Positions 38,400 to 64,000 of a stretch of DNA of 64,000 bases are shown piece by piece. The notes under the pieces are model-generated. The model ran no database searches. It was given only the letters and a program-made list of their open reading frames with translations, and was not told the origin of the DNA. This DNA comes from the human T2T-CHM13v2.0 reference genome, Homo sapiens. Within the stretch, counting starts at the first letter, position 1; each line of letters opens with the position of its first letter. The DNA is taken from assembly GCF_009914755.1 (NCBI RefSeq), contig NC_060936.1. One strand, given 5' to 3'. Both the position numbers and the translations under genes were made by a program.

Positions 38400-39380
38400 G
38401 GGACAAATGGGGGACGAAGGGGCCCGAGGGAGGGGACTGAAGGATTTGGGCCAAGTCGGGAGTTCCCGAGGGCGGAGTCAAAACGCATCTGGATTTTGCT
38501 AGCCCCAAACTCTGCCCTCATTGCTGCAAGCCTCCTAGACCGAGGACCCCCGGGCTGAGGGTGGGGTAAGGATAGGTAGTGTCCCTCCCCGTCCCACCCC
38601 CGCCTGTCCCTTCCTCGGTGGCCCCTTCCCGGCGCCCCGATTCCAGGCGGCCCCTCCGCTGCTGCCAGCCGATCCCCCTCTACCCCCACCCACTACTCCG
38701 GCCGCCAGACGTTGCCTACAGTCTCGGCTCTGTCTCCCACGGCTGTGGGTCCGGACCCCACGGGACCCCTATGGGACCCCCACAGGACCCCCACGGCCTG
38801 AGTCCAAGGCCCGCCCCCTCGGGGAGGCGGATGTGGGAGGCCCGGCCCGGGTGCGGGCCAGCGACCCGGGAGCTGCGGGCGGCTGGGAGGGGAGGCCGCC
38901 CTGAGGGGCTGGGAGCGGCGCGGGGGTGGGTCCCGGTCCTGCAGCCCCAGCGAGGGGCGAGCGGCGGCCAGTCGGCGAGCTGGGCAATAAGGAAACGGTT
39001 TATTAGGAGGGAGTGGTGGAGCTGGGCCAGGCAGGAAGACGCTGGAATAAGAAACATTTTTGCTCCAGCCCCCATCCCAGTCCCGGGAGGCTGCCGCGCC
39101 AGCTGCGCCGAGCGAGCCCCTCCCCGGCTCCAGCCCGGTCCGGGGCCGCGCCCGGACCCCAGCCCGCCGTCCAGCGCTGGCGGTGCAACTGCGGCCGCGC
39201 GGTGGAGGGGAGGTGGCCCCGGTCCGCCGAAGGCTAGCGCCCCGCCACCCGCAGAGCGGGCCCAGAGGTGAGTCGAGGTCCGCGGACGGGACCGGGTGGC
39301 GGGCGGCCTGACCCCCGCTTCAGTGGGCCCTTCCTTCGGGCGGACCCCAGAGTCACCGCAGAGTGGTCGCGGGAGGCTCA
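38400..39380 (+). promoter_or_regulatory. ACVRL1: ACVRL1 CpG-island promoter (TATA-less, GC boxes)
   Basis: High CpG density around non-coding exon 1; multiple Sp1-type GC boxes and ETS-like GGAA cores. Confidence 0.85.
38990..39267 (+). other. ACVRL1: ACVRL1 non-coding exon 1 (5' UTR)
   Basis: Matches the recalled ACVRL1 mRNA 5' UTR (AGGAAACGGTTTATTAGG...GGGCCCAGAG); strong donor GAG|GTGAGT; contains no ATG. Confidence 0.85.
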
Positions 39381-40791
39381 GTCCCAGCTCATTAGAAAGG
39401 CAAGCTGCTCCTGGCTGACCACGCACAGCTCCCATGACCCTACCTGAGACTTGGAGGGGAATGGACGAGACTGGACTGGAAATCAGAAACTTGGTTCTAG
39501 TCGGGTGACCTGGGGTCAGTGACTTCACTTCTCTGTTCTCCTACCCTCTTCATAAAATGGGCAGTGGGATTCCTGTCTTGCTCTACTCACATAGAAGGGA
39601 TCACACGTCCTCCAGGCCGCTGGGTGGACCTGGAGTGAATGCCTACTTCCACAGCTGTTGAGCCTCCCAGCAGAGCTCACCTTTCCCAGATCAGTCCTTC
39701 CAGCTGTTGCTTGAGGAATCTGACACTATCACTCCAACCTAGGAGTCTCACCCTAGGCGCGCATGGTCAGTCACCTCCTTGCCACGACCTTCCTTCAGGA
39801 TCCAGGCCAAAGGGGATCCCAGTCTCCCCCCAGGCTGGGACCCCAGATTTTTCCATGGAGGCCAGTGCTGTGAAACCCATGGCTGGGCTGGCTGCCCCAG
39901 CTCCTCTTTCCTTCTCCAAGGACAGGGGCATAATGGACAGTTGCTCTCACTCTCTCTATGTATGGCCAGCTTCTGGCTGAGTCAGGGTCTGTCCTAATAC
40001 CTGTCCTCTCACCTGTCCCCCCATTTCATTGGTTTGTTAGAAATAGCTACCATTGATTGAGTACTAACTATGTAGACACTTAGATATATATATTTTTTCT
40101 CATGTAATCCTGGCCGCAACCTAGTGGAAGAGGGGTTACTATCCCCTTCCTACAGAAAAGGAAACAGACATGAATATGGGACTTGTCCAAAACTCCTTGG
40201 ATGGTGGGGTGAATGGCATGGTTGGGGTCTTGATAACATTTCAGTGCTTACTGTGTACTACTTATACTCTGCTAAATAATTGTACTACATTTTACCTATG
40301 AGATAACACTATTATTATTCCCACTTTACATATGATGGGAAGCCTAAGCCTCAGAAAGTTTAAGTAACGTCTCAAATTTCATACCTCTAAGTGGCAAAGG
40401 CAGGATTTGAACCCAGGTCTCCATGCTCCAGAGCCCACACCCTAACCTCTGTGCTACACTGTGCTGCCTCCATGGTCTGCCTGAGACCTGAAAATCCAGG
40501 CATCACCTGGATGTTCCACTGCATCACCCCGCTGTGAAGGGCTAATAAATCACATGGATGAATCGTAAGGGCAACCCAATATGAACAGCTGGGTCTGCTC
40601 CTCTGCTGTTGGGGTAAGGCCTACTGAAGTGCAGAGTGAGTCCAGAAGGTTGTGCTTGATATGGCGCTTCTCCAGCCCTGTGAAGATCACTGCTGTGCTG
40701 AGCCACTGCCGTTGATGGGAGTAGGTTTTATCAATCCTTCAGGTGTGCTAGGGAGAAAAACATTGATAAGCACCTTTCGGGCATACCACTA

Positions 40792-41073
<282 letters not shown>

Positions 41074-44046
41074 TTAAAAACAAACAAAAACGCTGTCTTC
41101 ATTTAAACAAATCTGAGTAGGGCACCCGTTAATAACAACAGTAGTGGGCAATTTGTACACGTCCACCGAGACCCATGTCTTTTTCTTCCTTTGAGGGACT
41201 CATCTAACCCCAAACAACTGGAGGAATAACAATGACCAAGGAATGATTTATTATCAGCAATTTAAGTTTATTAAGACACGCTCAGTGACTATGGACAAGA
41301 AACTGAACATCTCTGAGCCTCACTTTCCCCCGTTGGACTGTTGTGATGATTAAATCAGATAAACCATTCAAGTTCAGTACTTAGCACATAATTAGTACTC
41401 AGAGAAGGTTAACTGTTATTATTAAGTATTTCATAGTGTTTAGCTAACGTTTGAAATTAGTTTAACGTCTGTAATTTCTGGCCAACAATAGTGATGCTTC
41501 TGTCAGCAGGAGATCTTTCACAAAGTTTTGCTTAGAAGTGAAAGGATCCTGCCAGGCCCCAGGAGTCTGTCTGTGCTACAGTCAGATTTCAGGGTAAATC
41601 GTACAGAGTCAGCTCTGAGTTTGGACTGGTCGGGACTCAGCATCCTCCTGTACTTGATCTCACACTGGGTCCAGTTAAAAATTGGACAGTCCCAATTTTA
41701 CTCCATCACATTCCCAGGATTAGACCATAGATGGGTTCTGCAGATGCAGACAGCCTCGCTCCACAGTGTCACCACGTCCCAGCTTTGGTGTTTACCCTTG
41801 GCTGTCCCTTCTGTAGTAGATGGGGAGTATCCTGGGTGGGAGTGAGTGTCCCCTCCCTCTGCATCCCACTCCCACTCACCCAGCAGGGCCCTGTACAGCA
41901 AAATGAAAGCAGAGGAACCAGACTTAGCGTTGTGCCCACACAAACTGATCAGAACTCCCTGGGGAACTTTTAAAAAATGCATGTTTCTTGCTGATTCCAG
42001 GACTGAATCAGAGTCTGGAGTGAGGGTGAAACCAGTGAATATGCTTTTCTCAGTGAGCACTTCAGGTGATTCTGATGCGTGATAAAGTAGAAGGAGGGTG
42101 GACTGGGGCACGGCCAGAGAAGTAGAGGTACGGACAGAGGATCCTAGAGGAATGCCGGATTTTAGCCTTATTGTTAGCCACTTTTTCCTTTCCACCTCAA
42201 ACCCTCTCCTTTGCAGCTTTCTGGGCTAGCAAAGGCTGCCAAGGATGGCTTCCTGCTAGTACCCCAGTGGGCAGATTCAGCTCCTCTAGGGTGCTCTCTC
42301 CATCCCATCCCACCGTCAGTCCTGCCGCACAGTGCTAGCCAGAGTCCTCACTGGCTGCGGGAGGGGCAAGAGGCAGGAGGTCAGGCAGAGGCTGGGGACA
42401 CAGCTGCAGCAGCCCAGGGCTCTGTTTCCTCCCCCAGCCTGGGCCTCTGGGGCAGAGGAAGCCCAGGCAGGAAGGCCAGGCCTGCCACCAGCCAGAGAGG
42501 CCTATGAAGCCCCCCTACCCCACCCCTAGCCATACTGCCCTCAGAGCCTCAGCATCTTGGGTCTTCATTTGGCACCATTCTTAGACTATGGGCTTTCTGA
42601 AGCCTCTGTGGCCATGTGCCCAGCCCTGTCAGGCTCACCATGTCATGCCAAAGGACAGTCTCCCTGCCTTGTGCCCTGCCTGAGGATCCAGTCCCCAGAC
42701 ACACACCTGCACATGCTCCACCATTCAGAAAGTCCTGTTGCTGTCTGACCAGGGTCCTTCTTGCTGCAGCTTTAGCCAATATCTTCTGGTTCTAAACCTG
42801 TGAGAAATGAAGACTGGGTGGCTTCAGAAGCACTAGTTGGTGTGGGACCTGGATTGGGGACTATCATAGACCAGAATTACTCCCCCTAACACTCTCCAAC
42901 AAACTTCTGGAAAAGTTCAACCCTAGTCAGCCATGGAAGGTCAAACATTCAGTGTCTAAGTGTGTTTCACTTCCCCTGCCACATCACTGGCCCTCCACCC
43001 ACCCTTTCCTAGATGGCAAGGGGAAAGAAGGGGGCCAGGGAACAGCTCCGAGAGGGCAGCTTATACTCTGGTGAGCTTGCAGAGAGGTTTCTCTACACCT
43101 GGCATGACCCTGCCCCGTCCGAGCTTTGCATGGTTGTTATAGCCCTGAGGGCTCAGACATGGGCTGCCACCACTGGATAGGGACAGAGCGAAGAGAGCAC
43201 TTGATTAGGAGTCTGGAAACCTGGGATGTACGCCTGCTGGTGCCAGTGAGTCCTGTCTGACCCGGGACAAGTCTTCTTCCCTGTATGAGCCTTACTCCTC
43301 TCTTCTGTAAAACAAGGAGCTGGATTTTGTGATTCACAGGATGTCCACCTAGAATTCTGTCATGTGGGTGTCCCAGGCACAAGGAACTAAGGGTAGCAAG
43401 GAACTAAGGGCATATTTAAAAAGCCCCTCCAGACCTTGTGGCTGCTGCAGCCCACCCTGAAAATATGCCCTCAGTTCCCTGCTGTGCGTGACTCCTGCCT
43501 GTTCTATCCAGACCCCAATCTAAACAATCTTGATTCCTGTTCCTGGCTTGGCAGGACCCTGAATGGCAGGAAGTGAAGACAGGAGCCTGTTTATGTTTGA
43601 GGCAGCCAGGGCTGGGGGGGCATTGAGAAAGGGTAGGCAGGGGTGGAAGCTGTGAGGGAGTGGGAAAGAGACACAGAACAGAAGGGGAGCTGCTGGAGAG
43701 ATGCTCCTTCTACCCCAATTGGGTGCTCCCTGCGGCTCTCCCAACCTGCCTGCAGTCTGAGCTCAGCAGCAGGAGTGCAGAGCTAGGGTTTCCCCAAGCT
43801 CTCAGTCACTTAAACATTGCTCTCCACCCTTCACCTCTAACAGGATGGTTTCCATGGGGAAGTGAACCAGGACTTCCCCTGCAGGCCCCGCCCCAAAGCC
43901 AGGCGGCAGGGAGTAGGGAGGCGGCCTCCCTGCCTCCCCTCCAAAAAAAACTCTGTGATTTCCTCTGGGCAGGAGGGAGCCACGGCCAGCGGCTGTCACA
44001 CTTCATGGCTCTTACTCCACCTCTCTTGCTCCTCTCTGCAGGGACC

Positions 44047-54935
<10,889 letters not shown>

Positions 54936-55152
54936 CTCCGGAGTCTTCCCAGGCCGATGCCTCTGCAGTGGCCCGTCGCAGAGGTCCAGATAAAACCAGA
55001 GGGATCCGGGGAGAAGAGGGTCCCAGGATACACGCCCAGCTTTGCCCTTAGACAGGTCACAGTTTCCTCACGCCCCTGCTCAGACCCCCGCGGGGGCCCA
55101 AATCTCAGTTCCTACCCCAGATTGGGAGCAGCCTAGTCGCCGCACCTGCCAC

Positions 55153-55170
55153 GTCGCCCTCTGCTGGCCG
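55153..55170 (-). promoter_or_regulatory. Candidate CTCF site in a small CpG-rich patch just 3' of ACVRL1
   Basis: Reverse complement CGGCCAGCAGAGGGCGAC matches CCASYAGRKGGCRS. Confidence 0.6.
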
Positions 55171-58100
55171 AGGGCTGCCCAGCGGCCGCCTCCCATCCCC
55201 ACACAGGGACCGCGGGGCCTTTCCCGGCAGGGTGGGGCAGCCTTCCCCGCACCCGGGGGCCAACGTCTGTGTGCTCACTGACTTGCTGTTCTGCAGGGAC
55301 TGTCCCCCTAATACCACACCTAGCGAAGAGCGTTCTGCTTCCGAACCGGCAGCTTGGACCCTCCCTCCTCAATTCCTTGTTCTCACTTCCCTTCTCAAAT
55401 GGGGTCCCCATCTTGCCAGGAGTCAGTCCCCATTCCCAGCATGGGAAGATCCCCTTCCCTGGGGACCTACCTTGTCCTGGGATCAGAAGGCACTTCACAC
55501 ACACATCCCATTCTCACACCCGGAAATTCGGGGCGGGGACATGCTGTGGGGGAGGCAGATACTAAAAGAAGCTGAGAGGGTCCTGGCCCATGGGACTGCC
55601 CAGCCTAGAAAATCTGTGCCTTCGTGTTAGACGCCCTCTTAGGGAAACATAGGAAGGGTACACCTTACACCACAGATGACCTTGTGGTCCCTTGCACCCC
55701 CAAGGCGGCCTCATGCCTGGAACCTCCTACCCTGGGTTCATGGATCCCCCAACAACACAGCGCCTTCCCAGAGGATTCGGGCACCCGGCCTCAGACCAGC
55801 TTTGACGAAATAGGAGCGTTGCTAGCATCCAGCAAAGGCAGCCTTTCCCCTTCCCCTGTGCCTGCCAGACTCTGTCCTTACGTCCTCCCCATGATGTCCA
55901 GGCTATGGTGGGAGAGTGGGGAGAAGGGCAGTGGGGAAATTGCAGAGAAAGGGGTACGTGAACGCTGAGCAGGATCTGCGGCAAGATTGGCTCACTGCTC
56001 TCCAGTTCTTGCGAAGAGCCCTTGGGAAGTCACCCCGTCCGAGCCCCTGCCTACAAGTAGACCTCAGGGAACCTGCCTGCCTTTGGAGGAAAAAAACCTA
56101 CTGCTCACTTTACTTCTCTGCAGCTTTGCCCTGACTTCCTCAGGGACCCCAGGCCCCAATTTCCCTATCTAGACAAAGAGGGAGAGGACCATCTGTGTGG
56201 TAAAGGCCCTCCCTGAGGGGTGATAGGTGCTATAGCATGCCACAGTGGGGCTGAGGGTAGCTCCTGGAATATGAGCCTTGATGTGGAGGGCCACCCCTTC
56301 CCCTGCCAAGGCCTCACCAACAGTTTTTCTCTCCACCCTCCAAGGCACCATCCTCCCTCAGTCCTGCCTTGCACCAGCCTCCAAGGAAGGTGCTGTTTCC
56401 TCCATATCCTCACCAACATTAAGATCAACAGCCCAAGAGATGGCAAAGTCCTCACGCCTAGAAGTCCCTGTCCTGGGGGAGGAGTGGGGGGTGCATGTCC
56501 TGCGTCCAGTCTCCCAGGGCTGGGACTGATGCTAGCTGTGTAATCATCACTCTGGGTGGGCGACTCTTGGAATGAGCTGCTTCCACCAGGGCCACATTCA
56601 GTTTGCTCGAAATAGAGACAGAGGGCTTCTTGACTTTGCATATGATTTGCATAATGTCATAGACACACAGTCTATTTTCAGGCAGTTTTCAGGTTAAAGT
56701 GTTGTCACTGCTGCCCTACAGGGTGTCATGTCTGGATGAGTCTCTTCTCTGTTCTTTCTCACCCACCCACTCTTACTGACCTACATCCCCAGCTGCAGGA
56801 GCGAATGGTGAGGCAGGGGGAGAATGGGGTTGTCCAGGGAGACACATGGGCAGGGAAATCAAGGGAATTTCCTTATTACCAGCATCACCAGAAACAGAAT
56901 CTGGTTGCTCAGGGTCAACTGATAGGAAGAGGGTAAGGAATGGGAAGTCAGGTAACCCATCTGCTGTTCTGCACAAACCCTTCCCACCTCTCCTACCAGG
57001 AGAACAGCCAGTTCCTGTTTCTCTATTCAGTCTTCTGACAGTTTGAAGAAAGATGTCTAGATAGATAAACCTGTTTCTTTCAGCCACCCATAAAGCCTTG
57101 CTTGGCCCAGACATCCCTCATGGGCATTTATTTTCAGCGCTAAGATTAGATCTTCACCTCTTGGGAAATCTGACCTGCAGTCTGTTCCTCTCCTGGGAGC
57201 CTTATCTGAGAGATAAGGATCATAGTCTCATGATCAATATTTTTGGAGCACCTGGCACACAGTAGGAGGTCAGTCAGTGCTGGAGTCCCCTCCTCTTCTT
57301 CATCTAGAGGTCTGTACCAAGTACCTCATTGTCCCAGGCCTGGATGCTCGACACACACACCAGCCTCTGAGGGCTCAGATGCAGAAACAGACTTACAAGG
57401 GCCAGTTGAGGTGACTGTCACTAAGTTATCTGGGACCTTGGCCAGTTGCTCGGCCTCCTCATCTGGAAAGGAGGGGGATTGGTGATTGGTGGAGACTAGG
57501 GGCAAAGACAATTCCTATATTATAGCTTGAGCTGTTTGGCAACCTTCCTTGATCACAGAGGGTCAGGGCTGGAGCCCCACCCAGGGCTCCCTCCTGTAGA
57601 CACTCTGGCTTTGGGGCATGTCTGGTGTGCTGTCTTCCTGTGTACATCAAAGGATCCACCAGATGCCAAGGCAAAGAGCCTGAGAACCTTACTGGGTCCT
57701 GGGAAAGGGGAGACCACTTGGTCTGGCTGCCCAGCCGCCACGCACTACCCAGAATTCCCTGTCCCATGTCCAGCCCCCAGGACCTGCCTCATCCCCTCAG
57801 GCAGGCGTTTCCTGTTGATAAGAAGCTCCGTCACAAACACTGATAAAGACATGAAAAAAGGAAATCGACAGGCTTGGGTATAATGGGCATTTTGTCTGCC
57901 TTTTCTACCCCTCTTCCTTCTCCCAGAACCGCCCACTCCACACCCCCACCTCATACCACTTCCCAGAACTGAGGAGAAAGGATTCCCCTACCTCCACCAT
58001 GGGCCCTATTTGATAGTCTCCAGGAATTTGGCCTGAAGGCTTACACAGGTCTCAGAAGAGGGACCCAGCTTGGCCTGGGTCAGGATGGGAGCCCTGAGGC

Positions 58101-58890
58101 AGTAAGCACTGGGTGCTGGGAGGCCCCAGGCCAGGGAAATGGGCAGCAGCACCTAGAGGAAGGACAGTCCAGTGCAGGTCTAATCGAGGACCGTCCTCTT
58201 CCCTCCTCCTCTCCTCCCAGAGGCTTGGATCCAAGTGGTGGTTAGGTGGCTAGATAGTCTATAATTAGTGCATTTTCCTTAATTTTAGTCTCAAGCTTGT
58301 TACTGGAAAATCTCATTAATTTTGAGTCTACTAATTTGGAATCTATGATCCTTCAGGCCAAGAGGCTGAACTGATGTTTAGAAAAATAAACAAAGCAAAC
58401 AAGTTTTCGAGGCAGGCCCTACCACCCTTCTTGTGTTGGATTTGTAAGTTCAACTTGACAAAGGTAGTTGTCCTAAAGCGCTGGGCCTGCAGTTGAGATA
58501 ACCTGCCACCAGGTGGGTGATGAGGCCTGCCACTGGTGTTTTAAGTAGTCATTGCTCATGGACAGATGTTTTAAAGATTTTATATTCAATGATTCTTTCT
58601 TCCTCTTCTCCAGAGATGCAACTCCTTAATAAAACAGTAAGACAAACACAGAAAAGTGGAATAGATGGTTCTAAGTGGCCAGCATTTAACAGAAAAACAA
58701 CAGCCAGCATATACAACTTGGAGATTTTCTTGATTTAACTGTTTTCCAGTCCTGGTTGCCACCCAGCTAGGGCCTTATCCTGGTTTCAGGCCCTCACATC
58801 TCTCATTGCATTTTTGACACTTGGTGGAAGGAGCAGAGGAGTAAAGAGCAAAGGGTTTTATCCAAGTCAAAATTCCAGCTGTTCTACCCT

Positions 58891-61832
<2,942 letters not shown>

Positions 61833-62357
61833 GAAGACCCTTGAAGTGCAAACTGTAAAAAAAAATATGAACATGACTATATCAGTTCACTCTTCAATTA
61901 TACACTATATATATTTAACATTGAAAAATTAATAAAACTCATAGATAGATGGTAGACTGGAAGGAGATATTTACAGTCCTTAAAACTGTTGAGGCGTTAA
62001 TATCTACAATATATAAAAAACTCTTGCAAATCAGTAAGACCCAAGAGAAAAACAGGCGAGAGACATGCAGAGTTAATTTACAAAAGAGGAAGCCCAAATG
62101 GCTAACGAGTATAGAATGGAATGCTCAAACTCACTAGTAATCAGAGAAATGTACATGTAAGTGACATACCAACTAACATCCATCAAAATGGCAAAATGAG
62201 AAAAGTGGATAATGCTAAGAGTTGTCAAGGGTGTGGGGGAATAAGAACTCTTGTGCAGTTCTTGTAGAAGTATAAACTGGCATAGACTTTTTAGCATTAC
62301 TTAGTAAAAATGGGTATTCCTATGCCATTTGGCCTCATGATACCATTCCTGGGTATA

Positions 62358-63217
<860 letters not shown>

Positions 63218-64000
63218 TGTATCTCCTAGAAATTCTCATACAAGTCCACAAGTGGAGACATGATGAAGTTCAACACACTGTTGCTTGTGGTAGCAGGGAA
63301 CTGGAACCAACCTTGGTGTCCATCCCTAGGGCAACAGATAAGAAAATGTTCGGAATACGATGTCATCCATTGGAAGCAATTAACCACACATATATGCAGC
63401 AACATAGATAGACCTTAAAAATATGGGATTGGCAAATAAAGAGAATGAGGGTTATAACACAATGCCTTTTATATAAGTTTAGGATGCATACATATTCAAA
63501 ACAACATTATATGCTTAGCAAGGATATGCATACGTTTTAGGACATGGAGCAAGCTCACTAGAGTGCCTGGGGGTGAGGAGAGCAAGATAGATGGAGATGG
63601 AAAGGGGGATTGGAGAAGGAGCTGGAAAATAAGATCTAAGAGAGGCCTCGTTACCTTGCACAGAATAAGGATGATAACATGTTACCCCGTGATTAACCTG
63701 AAGACCATAGAGGGAAAAGAAAAAAATTAACAACTGCAGAGCCTCAGATCCTGGGCATGAAACATAACAGAACCTCCAGGGACTCAGTTTCCTCCTATTC
63801 AGAATGGGGATAATATGTAAGGTGGTTGTGAGGACTGGGATCATGTTGGGCAAGAGGCCTGGCCAGAATTGTTGTTCAATAATAAAAATAATGCTAATGA
63901 TAGTATGCTATCCTTGCCGATAGTGTTTGCAGGTTCAGTTCTGCAGAGTTGCAGACCAGCTTGGTGTCAACACCTCTTGCTTTGCTCCCCAGCTCCTGGC

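Noticed and set aside
38579-39528. 230-aa (+) and 270-aa (-) ORFs over the ACVRL1 promoter
   Set aside because: G/P/R/A-rich ORFs typical of stop-poor CpG islands.

Overview
Human genomic DNA, recognisable as chr12q13.13. It holds two complete + strand protein-coding genes. ANKRD33 (photoreceptor ankyrin-repeat protein, PANKY) has 5 coding exons at ~19.8-22.9 kb. ACVRL1 (ALK1, the HHT2 gene) has a non-coding exon 1 at ~39 kb, coding exons 2-10 at 44.0-52.5 kb (503 aa) and poly(A) at ~54.9 kb. The rest is an orphan CpG island at ~0.4-1.3 kb and repeat-dense intergenic DNA: many Alus, old L1/L2/MIR, MaLR LTRs, a solo LTR10-type ERV1 LTR with an AP-1 tandem array, and Tigger/MER DNA transposons. 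The most unusual structure is a ~4.15-kb retroposed unit (31931-36082) between the two genes. It is bounded by a 19-bp target-site duplication and splits a MER45A element in two. It consists of the 5' UTR and spliced exons 1-4 of FLNB joined, at the exon-4 boundary, to a polyadenylated L1/Tigger-derived tail. It looks like a fossil of an intronically polyadenylated FLNB isoform encoding only the actin-binding domain. Other notable points: a GC-AG intron and a 315-nt AG-free acceptor zone in ACVRL1, and an ankyrin-truncating alternative donor plus a frame-shifting exitron in ANKRD33. Repeat family names and variant identities come from recall of consensus or reference sequences and were not computed. 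Repeat coordinates are approximate.
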